Source: Thermoanaerobaculia bacterium (GTDB lineage Bacteria > Acidobacteriota > Thermoanaerobaculia > Multivoradales > Multivoraceae). Taken from it: DNA of 43,315 nt. Each line of letters begins with the position of its first letter. The stretch's first letter is position 1. The stretch is taken from contig JANQPS010000158.1 of assembly GCA_028285365.1 (NCBI GenBank), forward strand, positions 1 to 43,315. Reading direction: 5' to 3'. Made by a program: the position numbers and the translations under genes. Below the pieces are notes generated by a model. The model did not search any database. It saw only the letters and a program-made list of their open reading frames with translations, and was not told the origin of the DNA. Below, one piece after another: positions 26,544 through 36,418 of the stretch.

Positions 26544-27482
26544 CTACCAGCGCTTGACGAAGACGTAGTAGAGGTGACGCAGTCGACGACGCCAGCGCGC
26601 ATCGCGATCGACGAGCTCGTAGCCGAAGACCTCGAGGGTGCTACCGGCCACGTCCTGGAACACGAGCTGGTCGCCCAGAGACATGGAGCGCTGCCACTCG
26701 AAGACCTTGTCGGCATCGGGTGATCTGACCGAGTTTTGGTGCCACTCCATGCTTCGTTCCGGCATCTCCTCGCGAGCATCCTGGTGATAGTCGAGTAGCG
26801 AGTCGTCGTAGTCCTCGCCGAGAAAGCTGCAGATGTGGCGAAGGCTGGCCTGGGGCTCGAGGACCAGATCCTCGTACCTCACCTCGAGATAGTCTCCTTC
26901 GAGCAGCGCGCCCATCTTGTGCGCCAGAGTCGCCTTCCAGGCCCAGTCTCGTGCGACCCTCGGCAGACATGCGGATCCCCAGCTGACGTTGCGGAGCGAC
27001 AGGGCGACGTCTCTGCCGTCGCGAACGACGTGGATTACCTTGCAGTCAGGGAACAGGTCGCGCAGGACGTCGATCTCGGTGACGTACTGCGGTGTCTTGT
27101 CTCCCCAGCGCGCCTTTCCCGAGCGCGCGACAGCATGCGAGAAGATGGCGTCGACGAGTCCGGCGTAGGAAGGCTCGCTGGCATCGAGGACGGCTTCGTG
27201 ATCCTGGATCAACCCGCCTCGCTCAACGAATCGGTGATTCGAGATGTCGTCGAGCAGTCGCGCGAGATTGTCTCTCGCTCTCAGGTCGCCGTAGCGATCG
27301 ATGAGCCGACTGAACTGGGGAATGAAGTGAGACTCGAAGGGGATGCCCAGCCGAGGATGTGCGTTCAGCATCAGGCGGAGCATCGTCGTGCCCGAGCGCT
27401 GACACCCGACTATGAAAAACGGTGGTTCGTCGCGGCGACCGATGGCCCTGTCGGAGTTGCCGGGCAGACCGTCGCCCCTCAT
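26544..27482 (-). CDS. Sulfotransferase (PAPS-dependent)
   Basis: FIVGCQRSGTT (5'-PSB), WGDKTP, IHVVRDGRDVALS (3'-PB), VRYEDLV. ATG 27482 overlaps the upstream stop. Confidence 0.92.
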   Translation of the reverse strand: MRGDGLPGNSDRAIGRRDEPPFFIVGCQRSGTTMLRLMLNAHPRLGIPFESHFIPQFSRLIDRYGDLRARDNLARLLDDISNHRFVERGGLIQDHEAVLDASEPSYAGLVDAIFSHAVARSGKARWGDKTPQYVTEIDVLRDLFPDCKVIHVVRDGRDVALSLRNVSWGSACLPRVARDWAWKATLAHKMGALLEGDYLEVRYEDLVLEPQASLRHICSFLGEDYDDSLLDYHQDAREEMPERSMEWHQNSVRSPDADKVFEWQRSMSLGDQLVFQDVAGSTLEVFGYELVDRDARWRRRLRHLYYVFVKRW

Positions 27483-28699
27483 GGGGACCGCTCCGAGGAA
27501 TACAGCTGGGCTTCTTCGCCGCGTTCGAGGGTCAAGATCGTGATCTCGGGCGGTGTGCCGAGTCTCAGAGGGACTCCCCAATAGTTGGTACCCGGGTTGA
27601 TGTAGAGCAGGGATTGGCCCCGACGGTGTGAGCCCATCGCGAGTTGCAGGAAAGGCGACGCCAGACACCAGCCGAGCCATGGGATCGCAAACTGACCGTA
27701 GTGCGTGTGTCCGCTCAGGGTGAGGTCGACGTCGAACTGTGTGAGTGCCGGCCAGAGAGCTGGATTGTGCGCTAGAGCGATCACGACGTCAGACGACGAG
27801 ATGCCTTCGACCGTTCGTGCAACGTCAGGGGCACCAGAGCTCTCGCTGGCGAGTGCGCTGCCAGCCGCGGGGTCTCCGGTTCCGGCCAGCCACAGTCGTT
27901 GCCCCTCTCGTTCGAACGCTACGGCGTCGTTCTCGAGTACCGAGATGCCGCCGGATTCCAGTCCTTGACGTACGGCCGACCAGCCAGCATAGACGTCGTG
28001 ATTCCCTGCGATGGCAAACACGCCCAGCGGCGCTTCGAGACCTTTGAGCGCGCTGCAGTAGATCTGGGTGTCGCGAGGAAAGTCGTCCACCTGGTCTCCG
28101 GTCATGACGATCAGGTCCGGATCGCTCTGCATCACGCCGTCGACGACTCGGGCGAGAAACCCACTCGGTGTGTGAGGACCCACGTGGAGATCCGAGATTT
28201 GAGCGATCTTCAGGTGCTCGAACGCTGGTGGAAGGCGCGGCAGGCGAGCCCGGATGTGGCGGACGACCAGCCGTCGGCTTCCGACGTAACCAGCCAGTCC
28301 GAGGATGAGGAAGATCGCTGAGGAGGCGGCGAGCGCAACACGTGCGGCCTGTCCCGGATCACCTAGCGCCAGCCCCGCCACGGCGCCGAGGATCGTCGCG
28401 ATCGCCAGGAGCGGCACAAAGAGCATGGCGTACCAGAACGGCCGAAACAGCCACACTCGGGTATGCCGACCGGGATAGGCGATGCCTCCGAAGCCGCGTG
28501 CCAGGGCCCGGATGGGAAGGACGAAGACCAGCGGCAGGGCGAGCAGTGTCAGCCAGCCGCCAGGAGTGAAGGCGGCTACGGAGGTGGCGACGACCAGCCA
28601 GGAACCGCCGAGCCAGATCGCCACGAAGATCAGAATGGGAGCGAGCGTGGAGCGTCGCTCTCGAGACTCTGGCGAGGGGGTGGTATCGGCTTGGCTCAT
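27479..28699 (-). CDS. Membrane-anchored metallophosphoesterase (YkuE/YaeI-like)
   Basis: N-terminal TM helices, SDLH, TGD.VD, GNHD, AHNP, SGHTHYGQ. Confidence 0.9.
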   Translation of the reverse strand: MSQADTTPSPESRERRSTLAPILIFVAIWLGGSWLVVATSVAAFTPGGWLTLLALPLVFVLPIRALARGFGGIAYPGRHTRVWLFRPFWYAMLFVPLLAIATILGAVAGLALGDPGQAARVALAASSAIFLILGLAGYVGSRRLVVRHIRARLPRLPPAFEHLKIAQISDLHVGPHTPSGFLARVVDGVMQSDPDLIVMTGDQVDDFPRDTQIYCSALKGLEAPLGVFAIAGNHDVYAGWSAVRQGLESGGISVLENDAVAFEREGQRLWLAGTGDPAAGSALASESSGAPDVARTVEGISSSDVVIALAHNPALWPALTQFDVDLTLSGHTHYGQFAIPWLGWCLASPFLQLAMGSHRRGQSLLYINPGTNYWGVPLRLGTPPEITILTLERGEEAQLYSSERSP

Positions 28700-28807
28700 G
28701 GGGCAGGTCGGTCAGGTGCGTTCGGATCATCCGTGTTCGGGCGGATACCGTACTCCTTGTCGACAGAGTGTCGTGGCTTGGGCTCGGGCGACTTCGTGGA
28801 GACGATC

Positions 28808-29761
28808 ATGGGAAGACTCGTAGATGGACAGTGGACTACCGACGACTTCGTGCCGCGATCTCGGGACGGTCGATTCGTGAGGGCGGAGTCGCGGTTTCGC
28901 AGCTGGATCACACCCGACGGATCTGCCGGGCCGACCGGTGAGAGCGGTTTTGCTGCCGAATCCGGCCGTTACCACCTCTACATCTCTCATGCCTGTCCCT
29001 GGGCTCATCGCACGCACATCTTTCTCAAGCTGAAGGGACTCGAAGAGATGGTGACGCTGTCAGTCGTCCACTGGTTCATGGCCGAGTCCGGTTGGACATT
29101 CGAGCCAGGTGACGGTGTCGTTGCGGACGGAGTGAATCAGGCAGACGCTCTCTATCAGGTCTATCAAGCAGCGGATCCCAACGTCACCGGTCGCGTCACC
29201 GTTCCCGTCCTGTGGGACAAGGCTCGTGGGACGATCGTCAACAACGAGTCGTCAGAGATCATTCGCATGTTCGGCAGCGCCTTCGACGGCATTGGAGCGC
29301 GGCCCGGCGACTTCTACCCGGAGGCCCTGCGTGCAGAGATCGACTCGGTCAATGAAAGGGTCTACGAAACGGTCAACAACGGGGTCTACAAATGCGGGTT
29401 TGCCAGGTCGCAAGATGCCTACGATGACGCCGCGGTTGCTCTGTTCGAAACCCTGGATTGGCTCGAGGCTCGCCTCGACGACGGACCATGGCTCGTCGGC
29501 GACGGTCCCACCGAGGCTGACTGGAGACTGTTCACGACTCTAGTGCGGTTCGACGCCGTCTACCACGGGCACTTCAAATGTAATCGCAGGCGCCTGATCG
29601 ACTACCCGAATCTCTGGGGTCACACCAAGCGGCTCTATGCAGTGCCGGGCGTGAGCGACACGGTGGTCATGGACCACATCACCAAGCACTACTACTCCAG
29701 CCATACGTCGATCAATCCCAGCGGGATCGTGCCGGTAGGCCCGGAGACTCTCTTCGAGTGA
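28808..29761 (+). CDS. yqjG: Glutathionyl-hydroquinone reductase (Xi-class GST)
   Basis: MGRLVDGQW, RYHLYIS.ACPWAHR, GRVTVPVLWD, NNESSEI, NNGVYK.GFA, RFDAVY, HYY.SH..INP.GIVP.GP. Confidence 0.9.
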   Translation: MGRLVDGQWTTDDFVPRSRDGRFVRAESRFRSWITPDGSAGPTGESGFAAESGRYHLYISHACPWAHRTHIFLKLKGLEEMVTLSVVHWFMAESGWTFEPGDGVVADGVNQADALYQVYQAADPNVTGRVTVPVLWDKARGTIVNNESSEIIRMFGSAFDGIGARPGDFYPEALRAEIDSVNERVYETVNNGVYKCGFARSQDAYDDAAVALFETLDWLEARLDDGPWLVGDGPTEADWRLFTTLVRFDAVYHGHFKCNRRRLIDYPNLWGHTKRLYAVPGVSDTVVMDHITKHYYSSHTSINPSGIVPVGPETLFE

Positions 29762-29953
29762 GTGTTCCGAGACTCTGGCGTTGAAGCCTTGGTCCTTGCG
29801 GTCTGACGTCTCAGTGCAGGGGTTCGGGTCGCGAAGCTCGCCTCGCTGGTGTGCTCATGGGGCAGGACGTAGGCTAGCCCGTGGACTGCCAGAGTGCTGG
29901 AGGTCTCTGCGGCATGCGGGTCCTTTCGCCGGTTCCATCCCAGGGAGATCGTC

Positions 29954-31177
29954 ATGGCCGAATCAGCTCGTCATACTGGAGAGATGAGCGAAGCCCCGAA
30001 GAAACCGCTGGACGGCGTGCGCGTCATCGAGATGGGGCAGCTGCTAGCAGGCCCCTTCTGTGGCACTCTGCTCGCCTACTACGGTGCCGAGGTCATCAAG
30101 ATCGAGCCGCGAGGCGGCGACCCGATTCGCACCTGGCGCGAGACACGAGACGGAGTTTCGTACTGGTGGTACAGCCTTGGTCGCAACAAGAAGAGCGTCA
30201 CTCTCGACTTGAAGAGCGAAAAGGGACGTGAGCTGGCTCGCCGGCTGATTCTCACCGCCGACGTACTCATCGAGAACTTTCGGCCGGGAACCCTCGAGAA
30301 GTGGGGTCTTACCCCAGAGGGTCTGCGCGAGGAGAACCCCGGGCTCGTCGTGTCTCGGATCTCCGGCTACGGCCAGACGGGTCCGCTCGCGTCTCGTCCA
30401 GGATACGCGTCGGTGTGCGAAGGCTTCGCGGGCCTGCGCTACGTCAATGGCTTTCCGGGTGAGAGGCCGGTGCGCCCCAACCTGAGCCTGGGTGATTCTC
30501 TGAGTGGGCTGCACGCGGCATTCGGAATCCTGCTGGCGCTGGTCGAGCGCTCTCAGAGCCGGTCGGGCCAGGACGTCGACGTGGCGATCTTCGAATCGGT
30601 CTACAACATGATGGAAGCAGTTGTGCCCGAGTACGACGGCGCTGGCGTCGTTCGCGAGCCTTCGGGCTCGACGATCACCGGGATCGTGCCGACGAACACG
30701 TACCTGTGCAAGGACGGTAGGTACGTGATCATCGGGGGCAACGGTGAATCGATCTACAAGCGCCTCATGCGAGCAGCGGGGCGGCCGGAAATGGCCGACG
30801 ACCCGAAGTACGCCGGCAACGCGAATCGAGTCGAGCGCGAGGACGAGATCGACGAGGCTCTGACGGAGTGGACCCAGTCGTTGACCCTGGAGGAGGTCCT
30901 CGAGGCCCTGCGCGAGGCTCAGGTGCCTTCAGGTCCCATCTACAGCGTTCGCGAGATGATGGAGGATCCGCAGTACCAGGCGCGCGACCTCTTCGAGACT
31001 GTGCGGGCGGGCGGTCAACCACTCAAGGTGCCGGCAATCGTTCCGAAGCTGAGCCGAACTCCGGGGGCAACCGAGTGGCCCGGTCCTGAGTTGGGGCAAC
31101 ACAACGACGTCGTTCTGGAATCGATCGGCGTGTCCGCACAAGAGCTCGAGCAGTTGCGTCAGGACGAGGTCATCTGA
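29954..31177 (+). CDS. CaiB/BaiF class III CoA transferase
   Basis: PLDGVRV, AGPF, GAEVIKIE, RNKKSVTLDLK, ENFRPG, SGYGQTGP, LGD. Start is 29954 or 29984. Confidence 0.92.
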   Translation: MAESARHTGEMSEAPKKPLDGVRVIEMGQLLAGPFCGTLLAYYGAEVIKIEPRGGDPIRTWRETRDGVSYWWYSLGRNKKSVTLDLKSEKGRELARRLILTADVLIENFRPGTLEKWGLTPEGLREENPGLVVSRISGYGQTGPLASRPGYASVCEGFAGLRYVNGFPGERPVRPNLSLGDSLSGLHAAFGILLALVERSQSRSGQDVDVAIFESVYNMMEAVVPEYDGAGVVREPSGSTITGIVPTNTYLCKDGRYVIIGGNGESIYKRLMRAAGRPEMADDPKYAGNANRVEREDEIDEALTEWTQSLTLEEVLEALREAQVPSGPIYSVREMMEDPQYQARDLFETVRAGGQPLKVPAIVPKLSRTPGATEWPGPELGQHNDVVLESIGVSAQELEQLRQDEVI

Positions 31178-31179
31178 TC

Positions 31180-32148
31180 TTGAGCGGCGACACCAAGCGG
31201 AGTGCAGCCGACCTCGGGCTGCCTTCGCGGATCCAGCTCATCGAGGTCGGGCCGCGGGACGGCTTCCAGATGGAAGATCGCTTCATTCCGACCGAGCTCA
31301 AGGTCGAAACGATCGAAAGTCTTGCGACCGCGGGCCTGCGTGAGATCGAAGCCGTTTCGTTCGTTCACCCGCGGGTGATCCCACAGATGCGCGACGCTGA
31401 CGACGTCATGGCGAAACTCTCGCGCACGAACGACACCATCTACTGGGCCCTCGTTCCGAACCTGAGAGGAGCCGAGCGAGCTCTCGCGGCGCAAGTCGAT
31501 GGCATCCACCAGGTGATCTGCTGTACCGAGACCTACAACCGGAAGAATGTGGGACTGTCGATCGACGAGTCGCTGGCTCAGCTCGGCGAAGTCGTCGAGC
31601 TGGCTCGCGCCGAAGCCGGGGGTCGCCGAGACGTTGTCACTGCGGTCACCATGGCGGCGACCTTCGGCTGTCCCTTCGAGGGCCAGGTCGATGATGATCG
31701 ACTGGTGGCACTGGCTCTGCGCCTTGCCGACAGCGGCGTCATGCAGCTCGGGCTCGCCGATTCTGCTGGACTCGGACATCCGGAGTTGGTCAGGAGAGTC
31801 ACAGCGAAGATTCGCCACGCTGTGCCGCAGGTGTCCTTGCGGATGCACCTGCATGACACCAGGGGCCTGGGCATCGCCAACGCCATGGCCGCGCTCGGCG
31901 AGGGTGTCACCCGCTTCGATACCTCCCTGGGAGGTCTTGGCGGCTGTCCGATCATGCGAGGAGCCAGCGGCAACATCCCGACTGAAGACTTCAACAACCT
32001 CTGCCTGGAAATGGGGCTCGAGACCGGAGTCTCGACCGAGGGAGTCGTCGCTGCTTCTACCAGGATCCAGTCGTTTCTAGAACGTCCCCTCGAAAGCAAG
32101 ATCCTGCGATCAGGTACCCGCCAGCAGCTGTACGCAGCCAATCGCTGA
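31180..32148 (+). CDS. Hydroxymethylglutaryl-CoA lyase family protein
   Basis: EVGPRDGFQ, FGCPFEG, HLHDTRG, GGLGGCP...GASGN..TED. TTG start 2 bp after the CoA transferase stop. Confidence 0.92.
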   Translation: MSGDTKRSAADLGLPSRIQLIEVGPRDGFQMEDRFIPTELKVETIESLATAGLREIEAVSFVHPRVIPQMRDADDVMAKLSRTNDTIYWALVPNLRGAERALAAQVDGIHQVICCTETYNRKNVGLSIDESLAQLGEVVELARAEAGGRRDVVTAVTMAATFGCPFEGQVDDDRLVALALRLADSGVMQLGLADSAGLGHPELVRRVTAKIRHAVPQVSLRMHLHDTRGLGIANAMAALGEGVTRFDTSLGGLGGCPIMRGASGNIPTEDFNNLCLEMGLETGVSTEGVVAASTRIQSFLERPLESKILRSGTRQQLYAANR

Positions 32149-32277
32149 GATAGACCACCACCGCCTCGGACGAAGTGTTCGGCCGACCTCTCATCACTCG
32201 AATTGTCTTGGAATAGGGCTCGACTGTAACAGAACGGGTTTCAAGCCCGGCCCACGGGGTCCAGCATGCGGGCCGAC

Positions 32278-33699
32278 TCAGAGGGTCTCCAAGATGACCG
32301 GCAAGCCTTTCTTGGGATGAGGTATCGGGATGGGTCTCATCACCTCCTGGTGACCAGGAAGCAGGCGCACGCGATAGCGCCTCAAGAACTCCAACAGAAA
32401 GGCCTTGACCTGGAGGATCGCGAAGTGCATGCCGATGCAGGTGTGGGCGCCCCCGCCGAAAGGGAAGTACGCGTGGGTGTGCTGCTTCTCCTCTGCCCGC
32501 TGCGTCGAGAACCGTTCAGGGTCGAATTCTCTGGGTGCGCTCCAGATGTCTTCGCGAAAGTGGGTGATCAGGGACACGACGGAGACGGCGCTGTTTCCCG
32601 GCACCTCCATTCCGGCGATCTCGCAGGGCTCGAGCGCCCTACGACCCATGAAGGGGACCGGCGGATAGAGCCGTAGCGCTTCTTTGAAGGCCAGTTCCAT
32701 CACCTTCAGGCGGTCGCGATCGTCGTATCCCAGAGGGCCCGAAGGAAGGGAACGGGCCTCTTCTCGCAGTTTCTCTTGCCAGTCCTGGTTCTGCGCAAGG
32801 GCCCAGACCAGGCTGGTCGCCGAACTCGTCGTGGTGTCGTGAGCTGCCATGAGGAGGAAGATCATGTGGTCGACGATCTCCCGGTCCGAATAGCGCTCGC
32901 CGTCTTCGGTCGTCGCCTGGCAGAACTGGGTGAACATGTCGGCTCCGTCTCCGGCGCGTCTGGAGTCGATCAAGTCGAAGAAAAACTGTTCGAGAAACCT
33001 ACGGCCCTCCATGCCTCGCCTGTAGGCGAGAAAGGGCACCTCGCGTTTGACCAGCGCAATCGAAGCCGCCACCGAATCAGAGAAGGCCTGGTTGATGCGG
33101 TCGGCCTGTGGGCCCAGCGGGACGCCGAGAAAGACCTCGGCCGCAAGGTCGAGTGTGAGCTTCTTGATCGACAGGTAGAAGCGCAGGGGCTCGCCATTGG
33201 TGGCCGCCGGTCTCCAGCCCTTGACGCCGCTTTCGATGAGCGGGTTCATGAGGTCGAGGTAGCCGCGCATCGCCTCGGCTCGAAATGCGGTTTGCATGAT
33301 GCGTCGGTGGGACCTGTGCTCTTCGAAGTCCCTCAGCATGAGGCCATTGGCGAACAACTCGCCGATCGCATGCTGCCATCCGAGGCGGTTCGAGAAGTTT
33401 CGATCGCGATCCATGAGCACCGTCTTGACGCCGTCCGGATCTCCGACGTGGAGAACCGGATGGCCGAAGACGCGGGCTCTGAACACGGAGCCGTGTCTCG
33501 CCGTCATCTCGCGCACGAAGTCGTGCGTCCTGAGGACAAACTGGAGTGTGTGGCCGACGAGTGGCGGTCCGTTGGTGCCGGGCAGGCTCGAGAGGTCCTG
33601 GCAGGGTGCCGAGCTCAGTGATGCGGCGAGCTCGGCTCGCGATGGCGCGTGTGCGGCGGACTGTGGACCTGACGCTGGATCGTTGGCTGGCAGGTTCAT
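32278..33699 (-). CDS. Cytochrome P450 (canonical, CYP136-like)
   Basis: AAHDTTT I-helix, EALR, FDPERF, FGGGAHTCIG. GAGGAG RBS before ATG 33699. Confidence 0.93.
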   Translation of the reverse strand: MNLPANDPASGPQSAAHAPSRAELAASLSSAPCQDLSSLPGTNGPPLVGHTLQFVLRTHDFVREMTARHGSVFRARVFGHPVLHVGDPDGVKTVLMDRDRNFSNRLGWQHAIGELFANGLMLRDFEEHRSHRRIMQTAFRAEAMRGYLDLMNPLIESGVKGWRPAATNGEPLRFYLSIKKLTLDLAAEVFLGVPLGPQADRINQAFSDSVAASIALVKREVPFLAYRRGMEGRRFLEQFFFDLIDSRRAGDGADMFTQFCQATTEDGERYSDREIVDHMIFLLMAAHDTTTSSATSLVWALAQNQDWQEKLREEARSLPSGPLGYDDRDRLKVMELAFKEALRLYPPVPFMGRRALEPCEIAGMEVPGNSAVSVVSLITHFREDIWSAPREFDPERFSTQRAEEKQHTHAYFPFGGGAHTCIGMHFAILQVKAFLLEFLRRYRVRLLPGHQEVMRPIPIPHPKKGLPVILETL

Positions 33700-33836
33700 G
33701 TCGAAGCTCCTCGGGTGCTCGGCTCGACGCCGATCTGTCTGACGCGAACCTACGAATGCTAACGACAAGTCTGGCGGGCTGATTTCCCGAGCTCGAAGAA
33801 ACCCTGGTGGATCTCGCGAGTCCGGCGCTGGCTCGT

Positions 33837-34574
33837 TCAGCCAGACGACGATCTGCCGTAGACGGAGACGTGAAAGTCGCTGGTCGAGTCGAAGGTTCCG
33901 CGTCGCCAGTTGCCCCAGCGCGCCTCGAGCTCGAGACCCGCCAGCCGAGCCATCAGGTCGAGCTCGCTTGGCCAGGCATAACGCTGGACGACGGGTGTCA
34001 GCTCGACGCCGTGCTGAGAGAGTGCGATGTGAGTCTGGTCGAGGGTCTGTGAGGCGACTTCGTGACGAAGGACCCCGAGCATCACCTCGCTCGTCTCGAT
34101 GGACTCCACTTCGACGCTCTGCGCGTCTCGATAGTGATGGAGAAAAGACGGCACGTAGGCTTCGACGAGGAAGCGGCCTTCAGGCGTGAGGTGATCGGCG
34201 ACGTTCTCGAAGCACCGGATCTGATCGTCCTGGGTCAGCAGGTTGAAGAGCGTGTTCCACGCTACGAAGATCAACCGGTACCGAGCCTTCACTTTCACCT
34301 CGGCGAAGTTGCCTAGGACGCAGCGGATTCGTTCGCCCCCTGGCTTGGATCGGAGGCGCGTGAGCATGGGCAGCGAAAAGTCGATTCCGTCCACGCGGAG
34401 CCCGTGCTCGGCGAGCGGAATGGCAAGCCTCCCGGTTCCGACGCCTAGCTCCAGGACGGGACCACCGTCGGCCAGGTCGACGAGACAGCTGACGGCTTCG
34501 CCCTCGTCGCCTCGATGGTCGTGGCGTTTTGCCGAGGTCGGATCGAAGCTCGATAGCGGATCGTAGTCCTTCAT
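33837..34574 (-). CDS. Class I SAM-dependent methyltransferase
   Basis: VLELGVGTGR, GIDFS..ML, NTLFNL, RYAWPSELDLMA. Confidence 0.9.
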   Translation of the reverse strand: MKDYDPLSSFDPTSAKRHDHRGDEGEAVSCLVDLADGGPVLELGVGTGRLAIPLAEHGLRVDGIDFSLPMLTRLRSKPGGERIRCVLGNFAEVKVKARYRLIFVAWNTLFNLLTQDDQIRCFENVADHLTPEGRFLVEAYVPSFLHHYRDAQSVEVESIETSEVMLGVLRHEVASQTLDQTHIALSQHGVELTPVVQRYAWPSELDLMARLAGLELEARWGNWRRGTFDSTSDFHVSVYGRSSSG

Positions 34575-34583
34575 GGGCGGCAG

Positions 34584-36143
34584 CTACGGATGTTTCCCGC
34601 CGCCGGCGCCGGCAATCAGCTCGGCTCGTCTGATGGCACCGTCGCGACCGAACCGAAGTCCGAAGAACACCTGGTCGCCATTGAGCGGTCGGCTTGGGCG
34701 CCACGCACCGTTGTCGAAAGAACCTTCTTCGACACGAAGGAACTGAGACGTCTCGTCGCGCGTGGACGAGCGAAAGTTCACACTGGCGTCGAAACCGAGA
34801 ACGTAGAACTCGTTCGAGCCGGTCTGCAGCACGAGGGCCCGCCCCGTGCGCTCTCGAGTACCGCTGGCGAACTCCCCACCGTAGCTCTGAGTCACCCTGC
34901 CGAACTGGACGAGCACGTCCCATCCTTCGAAGCTGAGGAGGACGGTAGAGAGGAGATCTTCCTCGACGGCGGCCTGGACTCGTCGCTTGCCCTCGCTCGG
35001 GATCCGACGCAGCTCGAGCAGTGTGGGCGCCAACTGGGCAAAACCCGCGAAGTTCTTGGCGAGCTCGGTGTGCTGCTCCAGGAGGTCGGTCTCACCGTCT
35101 CTCCGATTGAAGCCAAAAGGCGCATAACCCACGGCGTCGTAGTCGCCGAGTGCATAGAAGGAGTAGCGTGCGCCCTCGATTCCGGAGAACGTCTCCGGTA
35201 CGACGAGTGGATTGTCGGGGCGCGTGTAGGACTCGCACACGCTCCTGAAGCCGACCCAGTCCCGAACGTAGATGTCGGGCGCGAGAACGTCGACGTTGGG
35301 TGCGGCCGCCTTCCACAGGTCGAGCATGTTGGAAGTGGGGCCCCCGCTAGGGTATTGCTCTCCTGGCCGCGCCCAGCTCTTGCGCTCCTTGAGCCAGACG
35401 TTGACGAGTGTCGGCAGAGGCCAGATGGCTCTGGCTGTTCGGGCCAAGTCGTCGACGTAGGTTGCCACTGCGTAGGCGGCAAAAGCTTCGTCGGCCTCTC
35501 GTCCGAAGACCTCGCTCCACGTTCCAGCCGACAGCTCCAGCTTCTCGACCAGGCTTTCCGGGACCGGCTCGCTGAACAACCGCTCGGCCTTCTCCGAGTG
35601 ATCGCGCGCGACGAATAGCGACCCCGGCTCGTTCTGGATCTGAAGCATGATCACGGTGTGCTCTGAATCGACGTCTCGGAGGTGGGCGACGAGCGCCGAA
35701 AGCGCATTTCGGTCGGCCTCGAGGTTGGCGTCTTCGTGTGGAGAGAGGACGCGCACCGGCGACCCGGCGGAATCGAGCATGCGCGGAAATCTCTTCGGGT
35801 CGGACTTGATCCAGGCCGGGACGTAGTCCATCGTGCCGTTCTTCCAGGTACCGAACCACAAGAGGACCACCCGAAACCCGTGGCTTCGCGCTCCCGCGAG
35901 CACCGCGTCGACCTGCTCGAAGTCGAAGTGTCCTTCGGTCGGCTCGAGCTCGCTCCAGTAGATGGGGACTTCGAGGGTGTTGGCGTTGAGCTGACGCAAC
36001 TGGTCCCAAGCCGTGCTCAGCATGGCGCCCGAGCCGCTCGAGTTGTGGACCTGGGCGCCGAGCATCAAGAACGGCTCGTCGTCGACCAACAGCTCGAACG
36101 TGTCGCCGCAACGAACCAGGCGAGGTGGAGATCCTTGAGTCAT
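34584..36143 (-). CDS. GH35-like beta-galactosidase with DUF5597-type C-terminus
   Basis: GAQVHNSS, YW..LEP.EG.FDF, LWFGTWKNG, QNE, APDIY, PET, EEG.F..G.W...R.LNGD. Confidence 0.85.
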   Translation of the reverse strand: MTQGSPPRLVRCGDTFELLVDDEPFLMLGAQVHNSSGSGAMLSTAWDQLRQLNANTLEVPIYWSELEPTEGHFDFEQVDAVLAGARSHGFRVVLLWFGTWKNGTMDYVPAWIKSDPKRFPRMLDSAGSPVRVLSPHEDANLEADRNALSALVAHLRDVDSEHTVIMLQIQNEPGSLFVARDHSEKAERLFSEPVPESLVEKLELSAGTWSEVFGREADEAFAAYAVATYVDDLARTARAIWPLPTLVNVWLKERKSWARPGEQYPSGGPTSNMLDLWKAAAPNVDVLAPDIYVRDWVGFRSVCESYTRPDNPLVVPETFSGIEGARYSFYALGDYDAVGYAPFGFNRRDGETDLLEQHTELAKNFAGFAQLAPTLLELRRIPSEGKRRVQAAVEEDLLSTVLLSFEGWDVLVQFGRVTQSYGGEFASGTRERTGRALVLQTGSNEFYVLGFDASVNFRSSTRDETSQFLRVEEGSFDNGAWRPSRPLNGDQVFFGLRFGRDGAIRRAELIAGAGGGKHP

Positions 36144-36418
36144 GACGGAGAGCTCTCCCTGATCGAGCGGACGTGATGTGACGAGGTGGGAAGTGACGGG
36201 CGAAAGACGTGTGCGAGTCTCGCGACTCTGAGCCTGGGGCGGCTACTGGCCGCGTCGCCGCCCAGCTTTCCGAGACCGGGTCGGATCGTCAAGTGGCTCG
36301 TCAGGCGAGGAGCTCCGGTCGCCTCAGGTGTGGTCTCGACGAGCCCGCTTTTGCAGTCGTGTGCGTGGTGACGCTACGATGGTGGGATCTCAGTCATTCC
36401 AGCTCGGAGGGTTCGGCC

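Noticed and set aside
26013-26779. Long N-terminal extensions of the HAAS and PadR ORFs
   Set aside because: They overlap the neighbouring real genes. Starts at 26012 and 26428 fit the family N-termini.
32230-32243. KstR-like box CAGAACGGGTTTCA (near TnnAACnnGTTnnA)
   Set aside because: It has one mismatch, lies between two convergent stop codons and has no local TetR gene, so a regulatory role is unsupported.
32278-34574. Second P450 plus methyltransferase as part of the sterol locus
   Set aside because: They are about 27 kb away, the methyltransferase lacks SMT motifs, and nothing links them beyond a general lipid theme.
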